Position numbers and translations under genes: made by a program. A DNA stretch of 64,000 nucleotides from a virus (lineage: Duplodnaviria; Caudoviricetes): the IMG/VR virus record IMGVR_UViG_3300016476_001378. The stretch is one strand, 5' to 3'. The notes beneath the pieces are model-generated. The model was not told the DNA's origin. It did not search any database and saw only the letters and a list, made by a program, of their open reading frames with translations. Positions 1-9,328 of the stretch are shown here, one piece after another (positions within the stretch are counted from its first letter, which is position 1; the number at the start of each line of letters is the position of its first letter).

Positions 1-1059
1 CTCCTTAATTTCAAAGTATCCGTTGTAGACAAAGTCCTTAAGCGAACTATAGCCACTATAGCTTACCGCAGATGAAATTCCGCCCCAAAGGTCTGAAGTT
101 AATCTTTCAAGAGAAAGAATAGGATCTTCAATTTTGAATTCTTTTCCTTCAGAGTGTCTGGTTGCTTTACCTTGGGCGATTAATTGTTGCTTTTCAGAAG
201 CGCCGCCCCAATAGGTGCCATCTCCTGCGAGATTTGTTTCTGCTTCTTCGGCCCTTACAAAATAACCGCCCATCATAACAGCGTCAGCACCAGCACCGAA
301 AGCCTTTGCAGCGTATCCACTATTCTTTATACCGCCATCTGCCACAATTCTAACATCACATTCAACAACTTTTTTAATAAGTTGTGGTGCAATATTGTGG
401 GAGCCAGTTTCAGCAAGCCAATCTGCACATTCATTAATTTCGGTAATTTGGCCCCTATTGTAACCTGTTGAATCATTTGTGGAACAAGGTGAACCACCAG
501 CGATTCCTACACGAATGTAAATAGGACAATCCAAGAAAGAAAGTTCATTTACAAGATTAAAAACACCATGTGCGGTATGAACATTACCAATCATAAGATT
601 GTCAATCTTGGCAATTTCAGCAATCTTTCTTACCGCATTCCCAATAGCCTTATGCATGTAACCATTAGCCATATCAATAAGCCAATTAGTAACACCTGCT
701 TTGGCCAATTCTGCCACACGGTCAAAATCATTAAGACCAACAGAAACAAAGACATTGGAGGTGTCTTGAAGAGATTTGAAAATTTGAATTTGTCCATTTG
801 TGGAACCCCAATCTCTATCTGTAGGAACAGATGAAGGGAAGCGATGCAAACACAGCCCTAAGCCCAATTCATTTGCCTTTTTGGCAAAATCTAAACCAAT
901 GATGGCTTGCATAGGGCTTACATACACTCGATTTAATTCAACAGGGATGTTCTTTCTAGAAAGGGCCCCTAAAGTATTATTCTCATCTATCGCAGTTGGT
1001 CTGGCGAGCAGATTGACATCATTATAGTAAATAGATTTCTTTTTTGTGAATTTTGGCAT
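1..1059 (-). CDS. IMP dehydrogenase / GMP reductase family protein (3' end runs off the window)
   Basis: Not in the ORF track. Manual translation from ATG 1059: MPKFTKKKSIYYNDVNLL..., catalytic-loop-like IRVGIAGGSPCST, VADGGIKNSGYAAKAFGAGADAVMMGGYF, YWGGAS, SEG; no CBS insert; frame open to base 1. Confidence 0.85.
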   Translation of the reverse strand, partial: MPKFTKKKSIYYNDVNLLARPTAIDENNTLGALSRKNIPVELNRVYVSPMQAIIGLDFAKKANELGLGLCLHRFPSSVPTDRDWGSTNGQIQIFKSLQDTSNVFVSVGLNDFDRVAELAKAGVTNWLIDMANGYMHKAIGNAVRKIAEIAKIDNLMIGNVHTAHGVFNLVNELSFLDCPIYIRVGIAGGSPCSTNDSTGYNRGQITEINECADWLAETGSHNIAPQLIKKVVECDVRIVADGGIKNSGYAAKAFGAGADAVMMGGYFVRAEEAETNLAGDGTYWGGASEKQQLIAQGKATRHSEGKEFKIEDPILSLERLTSDLWGGISSAVSYSGYSSLKDFVYNGYFEIKE

Positions 1060-1072
1060 TTAATTTTCCTTT

Positions 1073-2509
1073 TTATCGAACGACAACACTTCCAATAATC
1101 TTTTTATCGTTTGTGCTTGAGATAACCACACTAAACATCTCAGAGATATTATTGTCTCTTTCAAGCAAGCCAGCTAAATCTTTAATCTTTTTATCTACTG
1201 TAATTTCAGCAAAAAGTGTCTGTCCTGAAAAGTCAATGATTTCTGATTTGATGATAGAGGTATTCTTCTTTAACAAAGCAAGGAATCTATTAGCAGAGCT
1301 TAGGCTTTGGAAACCAGAAATGTTCATTACATAAGTTTGGTCTTCAGATGCTTCATCTTCAATCTTGCTTAATGATGTAGCTATTTTGGAAATAGCCCTA
1401 TTAATTAGTTTTTGTGAAGCTTCTTTGACAGCTCTATCATGCCCAGCCTTATTAGAAACATCAATTACAGCAGCTTGTGTACTATCTGTGTAAATAATCT
1501 CAAAAGGTGAAAGATTTACTGCTCTTACGCTCATGGAAACTCTTGTAGAGTTTTGATTAATGTTAGTTGAATCAATTACACCATAAATAAATAGTTTTGC
1601 GCCAGAAGTTCGTGCGAGATTTCTACAATACTCTGCAAAGAATTCATTATTTTGGGCCCTATTTTTATCAAATGTTCCACCAATGATTACTTTTGCATTT
1701 GAATCTGATAAAGCATTAATAAATACCTCTTCTGCGACCATTGAATCTGGGAATGACACCACTGTGCGAATTTTATTCAAGTTATAAGTGGTGTTATTTT
1801 CAATAGCAGTGGTTTTAGTTGGTTCTTCAATATTTAATCTTTTAATCTGCTTAGATAAATCTTTTAATGCAGCATCTAGGGCAGCACTTGAGGCATTGGA
1901 AACAGCATCTGATTCAAACCCCTTTGTGCTTTGCGAAAAGATTCCAATAACTCTGTTCTTTACCAAAGCTCCTGCACCAGCGGTGCTTGAAATTTGTCCA
2001 TCTTTAGAAGCTTTGCCTGTAGATGATGCTATTACAGTACCATCTCTGGCGATCATTTCGATTACTACTTCAACAGAAGCTTGCACTTGCTTTACCTCTT
2101 GTCCTGCGACAACACCAACAATTGCAAGGGCCCCATTTTTCTTTTGACCTTCCTCGAATTGTCGAATTGTACCAATGATCCTATAATCTGCAGACTTTAG
2201 CTTTACAGTGCCTTCATCATCTGATGCTCCCGTTTGTCCTAATTGATTTTCTTGCATCAGTGTGTCGATGTTTTTTCGTGTTACAACTGTGAAGCCTTCT
2301 TTACGAAGTTTATCTGTGAATAGAGCTGCAAAAGAATCGCCCAATGGTGCTATACTTTGTGGATAGTGTGAGCTAACAAAAGCCTGTGTTTTAGGACTTA
2401 CAGCCTGCAGCTTAAATGATTCAACAGCGATTGTTCCTTTAATCTTTTGTGAGAATGATGGCAAAGTTAAAGTTGCGATTAAAAATAGTGTATAGATGAT
2501 TTTTTTCAT
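1073..2509 (-). CDS. Secreted CsgG/HfaB-like (TolB_N-fold) envelope protein
   Basis: Signal peptide; CsgG-like stretch FTVVTRKNIDTLMQENQLGQTG...ADYRIIGTIRQFE; second similar alpha/beta repeat downstream. Confidence 0.6.
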   Translation of the reverse strand: MKKIIYTLFLIATLTLPSFSQKIKGTIAVESFKLQAVSPKTQAFVSSHYPQSIAPLGDSFAALFTDKLRKEGFTVVTRKNIDTLMQENQLGQTGASDDEGTVKLKSADYRIIGTIRQFEEGQKKNGALAIVGVVAGQEVKQVQASVEVVIEMIARDGTVIASSTGKASKDGQISSTAGAGALVKNRVIGIFSQSTKGFESDAVSNASSAALDAALKDLSKQIKRLNIEEPTKTTAIENNTTYNLNKIRTVVSFPDSMVAEEVFINALSDSNAKVIIGGTFDKNRAQNNEFFAEYCRNLARTSGAKLFIYGVIDSTNINQNSTRVSMSVRAVNLSPFEIIYTDSTQAAVIDVSNKAGHDRAVKEASQKLINRAISKIATSLSKIEDEASEDQTYVMNISGFQSLSSANRFLALLKKNTSIIKSEIIDFSGQTLFAEITVDKKIKDLAGLLERDNNISEMFSVVISSTNDKKIIGSVVVR

Positions 2510-2525
2510 TTTATTTTCCTATAGA

Positions 2526-2822
2526 TTATGTGGTTTGTGTTGCCATAAGGGCATCAAAGTAGCAGGTGAGAAGAGCAATTATTAAGTTGTGACTTTCTGC
2601 ATAGCTTTCATCCATTTCGTTATAGAAGATTGAAACAAAGTATTTGTTGTCTCCTGAGCGAATATTCCAATTCCATTTATTGCTTTCTATCTCTTTGAGA
2701 TAAAACATGAGGCCTTCGGGCGAATTTACATAACCAATAAGTTTACCTGTAAGCTGTCCAATCTCTGATTGGAGATTGTCAATGGTGATTGTATCATTGT
2801 CGGGCTGAATCCAAAATTGCAT
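2526..2822 (-). CDS. Hypothetical protein
   Basis: 98-aa ORF with GAGG SD upstream. Confidence 0.6.
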   Translation of the reverse strand: MQFWIQPDNDTITIDNLQSEIGQLTGKLIGYVNSPEGLMFYLKEIESNKWNWNIRSGDNKYFVSIFYNEMDESYAESHNLIIALLTCYFDALMATQTT

Positions 2823-2829
2823 AATAAAA

Positions 2830-2859
2830 AATCCTCTCTATGCTACTATAGAGAGGATT
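2830..2859. terminator. Hairpin (12-bp stem), probable terminator
   Basis: aatcctctctat / atagagaggatt; U-tract on the minus strand. Confidence 0.5.
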
Positions 2860-2885
2860 GATTGTTTTTAAGATGATTTTTTTAA

Positions 2886-3188
2886 CTAAGGTGTGTAAGG
2901 TGGCACACTAGTAAATGGAATTATTAATATTGTGCCAGGATAAAGGGTACTGCTTGTTAATTTATTGTAATCATAGATAAGAGAAGCAGAAGTCCCATAA
3001 CCCTTTTTAATCCAATAATTTGCGATGGATGACAAAGAATCTCCTGATGACACTTTCCATTTTGTGGTAGAGATAATAACCTGAAAATTATTGCTCTGTA
3101 CTGATTCTTTTGGAGAATCTTGAGGAGCTGCGAAAGATGGAGCAGAAACTAAACAAAGCAAACTTAAAGCTAAAATGATCTTGTGCAT
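2886..3188 (-). CDS. Secreted LysM-domain protein
   Basis: Likely start MHKIIL (3188), signal peptide, LysM motif WKVSSGDSLSSIA...IYDYNKL...LYPGTILIIP. Confidence 0.8.
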   Translation of the reverse strand: MHKIILALSLLCLVSAPSFAAPQDSPKESVQSNNFQVIISTTKWKVSSGDSLSSIANYWIKKGYGTSASLIYDYNKLTSSTLYPGTILIIPFTSVPPYTP

Positions 3189-3219
3189 TTTGAGCCCCCT
3201 TTTAATTTGTATTTCAACT

Positions 3220-3245
3220 ATTATAGGGGCCACATTATTTAACCT
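3220..3245 (-). promoter_or_regulatory. Putative phage promoter AGG-N17-TATAAT
   Basis: Exact spacing recurs at 9230-9255, 22669-22694, 44542-44567, 50487-50512 and 61198-61223. Confidence 0.55.
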
Positions 3246-3259
3246 GTATAATAAATACT

Positions 3260-3988
3260 ATGGAAATCATAAGAAAAATCAATGTTATAATACCAATGGC
3301 GGGGCGGGGCAAAAGATTTGAGGACGAAGGTTTCTCAGTCCCAAAGCCTCTGATTAGTGTTAATGGCAAACGAATTATAGAAAGAGTTGTAGAGAATTTA
3401 AATTTATCTGCAAATTACATTTTTGTTGTTCAAGAATCACATAGAAAAATTTATGATTTAGACAAAGTGTTAAAAGACATTGCTCCTGATTGCAAAATAA
3501 TCAGCACAGACGAAGTCACAGAAGGTACAGCCTGTTCAGTTTTACTTGCAAAGAATTTAATCAATAATGACAATCCTCTTTTAATTTGTAATAGCGACCA
3601 GGTTTTAGAATGGGATGCCAAACATTTCGTCTCTTCTGTAATGAAAGAAGGAATCGACGGTGGGATTGTTACTTTTAAATCTAGTGGAAATCAATGGTCT
3701 TTCGCTCAGGTGTTAAATGGTGTTGTCACCAGAGTTGCGGAGAAAAACCCTATTAGCGATAATGCTACAGCTGGTGTTTATTGGTGGGACAGAGGTTCTG
3801 ATTTTGTTATTTTAGCAGAACAGATGATTCGTTTAAATGATAGAACCAATGGTGAATTCTATGTTTGTCCTGTTTATAATTATGCTATAAATGATGGCCT
3901 CAAAATTGTTAATTACGAGATAGAAAAGTTCTGGAATCTCGGAACCCCAAAGGATTTGGAAGTTTATCTTTTAAATCATAATGTATGA
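3260..3988 (+). CDS. Sugar nucleotidyltransferase (dTDP-glucose pyrophosphorylase-like)
   Basis: IIPMAGRGKRF...PKPLI, GTACSVL, EK, LGTPKDL motifs. Confidence 0.85.
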   Translation: MEIIRKINVIIPMAGRGKRFEDEGFSVPKPLISVNGKRIIERVVENLNLSANYIFVVQESHRKIYDLDKVLKDIAPDCKIISTDEVTEGTACSVLLAKNLINNDNPLLICNSDQVLEWDAKHFVSSVMKEGIDGGIVTFKSSGNQWSFAQVLNGVVTRVAEKNPISDNATAGVYWWDRGSDFVILAEQMIRLNDRTNGEFYVCPVYNYAINDGLKIVNYEIEKFWNLGTPKDLEVYLLNHNV

Positions 3989-4680
3989 GTGACAAAATTC
4001 GGGTTGGAATAGTTCTCACGGGCATTTCGCACGATTTAAGTGGTAGTATTTTAAGTGGCTGGGGCCAATCTGTCAAAAGAACTTTTAGAACTTATTATCA
4101 TAACTTCTTTGATTACATTTATAACCCAATAAAAGAGACATGTGATGTTTCTATTTATTTGACAACATACAATAATGGGGTCGAGGACGAATTATTAAGA
4201 GTCTATAAGCCTGACAATTATGTATTTTTAAATCCCGAAAACAGTAAAATGAGAAAAACTTATTTAATAAGTATTTTTTCTGTTATGCAATTTGCAAAAG
4301 ATGTAGATATTTTTGTATTTACAAGATTCGATGTTGAATTTTATAAAAAATTTACAGAATTAGATGTGGATTTAAATAAAATTAATTTTTTATTTAAAGA
4401 AATTTGGTCATCACCAGAGAATACAGAAACCAGTGACGTGTTATTTGTTGTTCCGAGGCCATTAATTGTAGAATTTTTGGCTGGTGTTCAAAAATGTGAT
4501 GAAGAGCCTAGAAGACTTGACTGCAATGGTGATTTGCATGATTTGTATGACAAATTATCACAGATGATAGGGGAAGATAAATTACATATTATTTCAAAAG
4601 TCCCACAGCATAGTGGAATTAGAAATGTTTATTTTGATTTGGCTAAAAATCAACAACCAAGGGAGATAATAAAACAATGA
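3985..4680 (+). CDS. Hypothetical protein, possibly glycosyltransferase-related
   Basis: TRFD motif; translationally coupled to the nucleotidyltransferase. Confidence 0.5.
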   Translation: MSDKIRVGIVLTGISHDLSGSILSGWGQSVKRTFRTYYHNFFDYIYNPIKETCDVSIYLTTYNNGVEDELLRVYKPDNYVFLNPENSKMRKTYLISIFSVMQFAKDVDIFVFTRFDVEFYKKFTELDVDLNKINFLFKEIWSSPENTETSDVLFVVPRPLIVEFLAGVQKCDEEPRRLDCNGDLHDLYDKLSQMIGEDKLHIISKVPQHSGIRNVYFDLAKNQQPREIIKQ

Positions 4681-5195
4681 TGTTTAAATTATTAGCAACA
4701 ATAGTGTGCTTATCTTTGTGTAGCGTTTCGATGGCTCAGATTAAAGTATCTGTTGACGAAAGAACAAATACTTTAATTGTCAAAGCTCCACCCGAAATTC
4801 AAAAACAAATTGAAGCAATGATTAAGGAACTAGACAACCCAAGCAATGGTTCTAAAGACATAAAGGTAATCCCGCTTGCTTACGCCTATGCTTCTGATTT
4901 AGCTCCAGCTTTGCAAAATGTTATGAATGTCTATAAACCAATTAGAATAAATACTGCTAATTTAGCTATTGGTTCTACTAATTGGGATTCTAATTTAAAT
5001 GGACTTGTTTTGGCTGACACCAGAACTAATCAATTAATTATTATCAGTGACAAAAATGCAATTAGCAGTGTAGAGAAGATTGCAAAACAGCTTGATAAAA
5101 AACCTAATGAGGCTAATAGTGCTTTTTTAATTAAACTTAAAAATGCTAAAGCCGATAATGTTTCTACTATTTTAAATGATATATCTAAAAGATAA
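4677..5195 (+). CDS. Secretin N-domain (NolW/N3 repeat) protein without beta-barrel
   Basis: Signal peptide; VDERTNTLIVKA, IPLAYAYASDLA, ADTRTNQLII, IKLKNAKADNV repeats typical of GspD/PilQ N-domains; only 172 aa. Confidence 0.75.
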   Translation: MMFKLLATIVCLSLCSVSMAQIKVSVDERTNTLIVKAPPEIQKQIEAMIKELDNPSNGSKDIKVIPLAYAYASDLAPALQNVMNVYKPIRINTANLAIGSTNWDSNLNGLVLADTRTNQLIIISDKNAISSVEKIAKQLDKKPNEANSAFLIKLKNAKADNVSTILNDISKR

Positions 5196-5208
5196 AAAGG
5201 AAAATTAA

Positions 5209-5601
5209 ATGCTTGAATGTCCTATTGAATTAACAGATGGTGCTATAGAGTTTATCTCAGACTTATTATCTCAACAAGAAGACCCACAAGATCTTTATCT
5301 TAGAGTTTATGTGTCTGGTGGTGGTTGCTCGGGGCTTCAATACGGCATGGCACTCGATACAGTTCTTGACCCTGATGATACCACTTATAAGTTTAAAGAC
5401 ATTCAGATTGTCTTGGGCGCTATGGATGTTAAATATTTAAATGGGGCGATTATCGATTACATTGACCAGCCAATGGGCGGCGGTTTTAAAGTTACAAATC
5501 CAAACGCAGTAAAATCTTGCGGGTGTGGTAGTTCTTTTTCTGTAGAGGACGATGAATCTGGTAAAACTTTAACAGGTGGATGCGGTAGTTGTTCAAGATA
5601 G
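5209..5601 (+). CDS. erpA: Iron-sulfur cluster A-type carrier (HesB/IscA/ErpA)
   Basis: LRVYVSGGGCSGLQY and NPNAVKSCGCGSSF. Confidence 0.9.
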   Translation: MLECPIELTDGAIEFISDLLSQQEDPQDLYLRVYVSGGGCSGLQYGMALDTVLDPDDTTYKFKDIQIVLGAMDVKYLNGAIIDYIDQPMGGGFKVTNPNAVKSCGCGSSFSVEDDESGKTLTGGCGSCSR

Positions 5602-5635
5602 TTGTATAATTAATAATTGAATCGTATCTCCGACT

Positions 5636-5668
5636 AATAACCTAATGATTTTTATTCATTAGGTTATT
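5636..5668 (+). terminator. Intrinsic terminator
   Basis: 13-bp stem aataacctaatga/tcattaggttatt followed by T-run after erpA. Confidence 0.7.
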
Positions 5669-5726
5669 TTTTGTAGGGCCCCATTATTTATTTAATGTAA
5701 TATTATCTTGGAGTGAATAACTAATT

Positions 5727-6026
5727 ATGGAATGCAAGTGTGAGCTTGTTGAAATCCAAAACGGTGAATGGTTTGTTGCATTCAGCGAATGTATTAGGGG
5801 CTACCAACTCTTTGGCCCTTTTAAATCCAAAATGGAAGCAAGCTATTATGTTCAGGAATATTTCCCACGCTTTACAAAGATGTACAGCGTGATTGATTTT
5901 GAACACCCCATGCATAGAGAAAAAGTTATTTCGATAAAGGGGCCGCCTTTTAGGGAGCGGCTTTGGGATTTTGAAGATTACAAAGCCATGGCCTGGCGCA
6001 ACGCAGGCTTCAGATCAAGAAAATGA
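5727..6026 (+). CDS. Hypothetical protein
   Basis: 99-aa ORF with GGAG SD. Confidence 0.55.
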   Translation: MECKCELVEIQNGEWFVAFSECIRGYQLFGPFKSKMEASYYVQEYFPRFTKMYSVIDFEHPMHREKVISIKGPPFRERLWDFEDYKAMAWRNAGFRSRK

Positions 6027-6203
6027 TCAACAGATTCAATGGGGAATCTAGTTGATTTTTTTATCTTAAAAACCATTCTTTAGTTCTATAAGAGTGTAAG
6101 ATTTTCTGTTTTTTGGACCCCCATATAGAGGTATATTATAGTATATCTTAATATCAATTAGGGATTTGGAAACGATAATCTATTAGAACTAAAAAGAAGG
6201 TCT

Positions 6204-7223
6204 ATGATGAATACAATTGATGTTGTTTTGGGTTTGCAGTATGGTGATGAAGGCAAGGGTAAGATTACCAATCAGATGGCTCGCACAGGAGACTATGATT
6301 ATGTTCTTCGCTATAACGGTGGTAGTAATGCTGGCCATACAATTTATGTTGATGGTCAAAAAGTTGTAACACATTTGGTCCCTTGTGGTATTTTTCATAA
6401 CACACCTTCTGTAATTGGTTCTGGTTGTGTTGTCCATGTTGGTAAGTTGTTAGCTGAACTTGATTATCTTGAAAACCTTGGTTTTGATACTAATCTAGTC
6501 AAAGTTGCACACAATGCTCACATTGTAACAGATGAGCACATTGAAGAAGATTCTAAGGATACTACAATTGGCACTACACGCACTGGAAATGGCCCCTGTT
6601 ATAAAGATAAGGTAATGCGTGTTGGTAAGCGAGCAGAGGACGTAGAAGAGCTTAAAAACAGGCTTATAGACATTTCTTCTTATGGTAATAACTATAAGAT
6701 TTTGGCTGAAGGGGCCCAGGGTTATTGGTTAGACATTGATTCTGGTGATTATCCTTATGTCACAAGTAGTTCTTGTGGCATTGGTGCTGTTATCAATAAT
6801 GGTTTTTCGCATAAGGAAATCAATAAGGTTGTAGGTGTTGCCAAGGCTTATTCTACTTATGTTGGAGCTAAGTCTTATGGGAGGGATCCTTTGAACTTAA
6901 ATGACAACACTGATAAGTTTGAAGCCATTCGTGAGATAGGTCAAGAATTTGGGGCCACTACTGGTCGCCCAAGACAAATTGATTGGCTTGATGTAGATGA
7001 AGTTTGTATTTCTTGTTTAAGAAATGGTGTAGATACATTGATTATTAATAAGTTGGATGTATTGAAGCAAATTCCTGGCGCTTGGAATGTTTATGATTCA
7101 AATGTAAGTTTTACTAGACTTATTAATTTTGAGAATGAAGAAGACTTTAAGACTTACATTGTAAATCAGATTTCTTCTTGTATTAAGGGAATTAAAATAG
7201 AGTTTCAGGATTCACCACTATAA
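6204..7223 (+). CDS. purA: Adenylosuccinate synthetase (short form)
   Basis: QYGDEGKGK, GGSNAGHT, IGTT, EGAQG, YPYVTSS, EFGATTGRPR, NKLDVL. Confidence 0.95.
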   Translation: MMNTIDVVLGLQYGDEGKGKITNQMARTGDYDYVLRYNGGSNAGHTIYVDGQKVVTHLVPCGIFHNTPSVIGSGCVVHVGKLLAELDYLENLGFDTNLVKVAHNAHIVTDEHIEEDSKDTTIGTTRTGNGPCYKDKVMRVGKRAEDVEELKNRLIDISSYGNNYKILAEGAQGYWLDIDSGDYPYVTSSSCGIGAVINNGFSHKEINKVVGVAKAYSTYVGAKSYGRDPLNLNDNTDKFEAIREIGQEFGATTGRPRQIDWLDVDEVCISCLRNGVDTLIINKLDVLKQIPGAWNVYDSNVSFTRLINFENEEDFKTYIVNQISSCIKGIKIEFQDSPL

Positions 7224-7846
7224 TGTTTGATTTAACTTTATTCTTAAAAGATGCATTAAGTTTGTTAGCAATTGTAGAACCACTGGGCGCAATCCCAGTG
7301 TTTCTCACACTAACATCTTCCTTTGGTCCCGTTAAGCAAATCAGAACAGCTAAAAGAGCTGCTATGGCTGGCTTCTTAATTTTGTTGTCAGCTCTTGTAT
7401 TTGGTAAATGGTTATTGCAGATTTTTGGTATCTCTTTATCTTCTATTAGAGTTGCTGGTGGCCTCATGTTTATTGTCATGGGTATGCAGCTTGTTATTTC
7501 TGAGCCTGTTAAGATTACAGAAAGTGAAATAGAAGAGGCAGAATCCCATTCTGATGTAGCTGTTGTGCCCTTGGCTTTACCAATTCTTTCGGGGCCTGGT
7601 GCAATGGGAGCTGTTATTCTTTTAGGAAGTAAAGGGGCCCCTTTTATTCAAATACCAAAAGTTGGTTTGATTATCGGCATTGTAATGTTTGTTTCTTACA
7701 TCTGTTTTAGATTAGCCAGGCCCATAGGAAAAAAGCTAGGAGTCACAGGCTTAAACATTTTAAATAGAATAAGCGGTCTGATCGTCCTAGCTATTGGCGT
7801 AGAGTTTATTTTAGCTGGTGTGCATGAAATTTGGAAGGGACTTTAG
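7223..7846 (+). CDS. marC: MarC family membrane protein
   Basis: Multi-TM; PLGAIPVF and VAVVPLALPILSGPGA signature. Confidence 0.9.
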   Translation: MFDLTLFLKDALSLLAIVEPLGAIPVFLTLTSSFGPVKQIRTAKRAAMAGFLILLSALVFGKWLLQIFGISLSSIRVAGGLMFIVMGMQLVISEPVKITESEIEEAESHSDVAVVPLALPILSGPGAMGAVILLGSKGAPFIQIPKVGLIIGIVMFVSYICFRLARPIGKKLGVTGLNILNRISGLIVLAIGVEFILAGVHEIWKGL

Positions 7847-7856
7847 TCCCTTCTTT

Positions 7857-8312
7857 TTATTTGCGAGGAATTGATATCTGTGTATACAATTCTAATTTTT
7901 TATTGTTATTAAGTTGTCTAAGTGCTTGCTCTGAAACATTATACATTTTAGCAATCTTTGCATAATCAGCTGGAACAGTTTCGCCTCTCCAGTTTTTAGA
8001 CAAACCAACCTCAACAACCATTGGAGGTGTTACTTTTGCTTTAACACCCATTGGTAAATTAAGCTTAAGACCACCATAAATTTGTCCAGATCTTAAAGCA
8101 TTGGCTGCTTGTGGGTTTGCTGCAATCAAAGCATCTAATGTGATGTTATAATCTTGTGCAATACGAGACGGACTCTCGCCTGTTGATACTGTGTGAACAT
8201 TAGCTTGGGCTAATCTTACAAAAATATCATTTAAAGATGCTGCTTCTTTTTCAAAGCCTTTATCTTCAAGTTCGTTAACAATTGCATTAATTTCTGCTAA
8301 AATAGTTCTCAT
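7857..8312 (-). CDS. LysM-repeat protein with N-terminal shared tag
   Basis: Likely start MRTIL (8312, AGGAAAG SD); two LysM-like repeats (HTVSTGESPSRIAQDYNIT..ANP; KIAKMYNVSEQALRQLN). Confidence 0.75.
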   Translation of the reverse strand: MRTILAEINAIVNELEDKGFEKEAASLNDIFVRLAQANVHTVSTGESPSRIAQDYNITLDALIAANPQAANALRSGQIYGGLKLNLPMGVKAKVTPPMVVEVGLSKNWRGETVPADYAKIAKMYNVSEQALRQLNNNKKLELYTQISIPRK

Positions 8313-8313
8313 T

Positions 8314-9216
8314 TTACTTTCCTTTAGGTTTTGTAGCCTTGGAATACGCTGGTGTATCCCCACGCATCATTTTAATTATGCGTTGTATATCTAATAAGCC
8401 ACTTCTTAACTGTAAATTTTCAGGTATTGTTGGGTCGTTTAAATTTTTAAATTTATTATTTCTGTCATATTTTTTCACATAAGGCATGAAGAAATCTAAA
8501 CCGCCTAAAATTTTTGGTAATTTAGAAGCATTGCCTTGTGCATTAGGATTACTGAATCCAATGCCTAATTCTTTAATAATTGAATCTATAATAAATTTTG
8601 CATCAGGATCGGTTATTTTATCTATATTGTTCAGATCAAATGTGCTTATTTTATGCATTTGCTCTTCACCACCCGGCATTCCACCTTGCCCATAACCCCA
8701 TGTTTTAGCTTTTCCGAGTGCAAATTTTTCCCCACTAGCTAAACCAAGAAATATCAAACCCCAAGGTTTTAAGGCTGGAATCATGTCATCCAATAAAAAG
8801 CAAACATTTTGAAGTGCAGTTAAAATTTCAATTGCTATCTCTTGTCCTGATGTATCTTCACCAGAGAAAAAAGTATCCCAGTTAAATCTTGAAGCTAAAC
8901 TAGAAGCCTTAATTAAGTTGTCCAACGCATCATAAGCGAACGAAATTTGGAAAGCTTTACTGACATTTGCAGATATTACGGGAGGTATTTTGATAGCACT
9001 CAAGAAATTACTAAATCCTGCTGCTTTTAAAAATGGGCTCAAAGCTTCAACTCTTTGAATAATAAGCTTTAATAATTCTTGCAGACCCTTGGCTTGTGAA
9101 AGCCTAACCATAATATTATGAGCTTTATCAGCTTGCACGTATAAACCTTTATTTTCAAGATTTATAGCAATTTCAAATAATGAATTAATTTCAGTGTTGC
9201 CCATAATTTGCTCCAT
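8314..9216 (-). CDS. Hypothetical protein with N-terminal shared tag
   Basis: 300-aa ORF; AINLENKGLYVQADKAHNIMVRLSQ. Confidence 0.7.
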   Translation of the reverse strand: MEQIMGNTEINSLFEIAINLENKGLYVQADKAHNIMVRLSQAKGLQELLKLIIQRVEALSPFLKAAGFSNFLSAIKIPPVISANVSKAFQISFAYDALDNLIKASSLASRFNWDTFFSGEDTSGQEIAIEILTALQNVCFLLDDMIPALKPWGLIFLGLASGEKFALGKAKTWGYGQGGMPGGEEQMHKISTFDLNNIDKITDPDAKFIIDSIIKELGIGFSNPNAQGNASKLPKILGGLDFFMPYVKKYDRNNKFKNLNDPTIPENLQLRSGLLDIQRIIKMMRGDTPAYSKATKPKGK

Positions 9217-9229
9217 AGTTCACTTATTA

Positions 9230-9255
9230 ATTATAAATAAAAGATAGGGGCCCCT
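9230..9255 (-). promoter_or_regulatory. Putative phage promoter AGG-N17-TATAAT
   Basis: AGGggcccctatcttttattTATAAT on the minus strand. Confidence 0.55.
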
Positions 9256-9328
9256 TGTAAAATTTTATCTTAAAATCGTGAAATAATGCTCTATAGTAGT
9301 AAGTTTTAAGGTTGGGGAGATAAAATTT

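Noticed and set aside
184-1334. Short plus-strand ORFs in the track
   Set aside because: Shadows of the minus-strand IMPDH/GMPR and CsgG-like genes. The same applies to most short antisense ORFs inside dnaK, amtB, trxB and the DUF1559 genes.
6204-7223. PurZ (2-aminoadenine, Z-genome) instead of PurA
   Set aside because: The catalytic Asp is retained (GDEGKG); PurZ has Ser there (GSTGKG-like).
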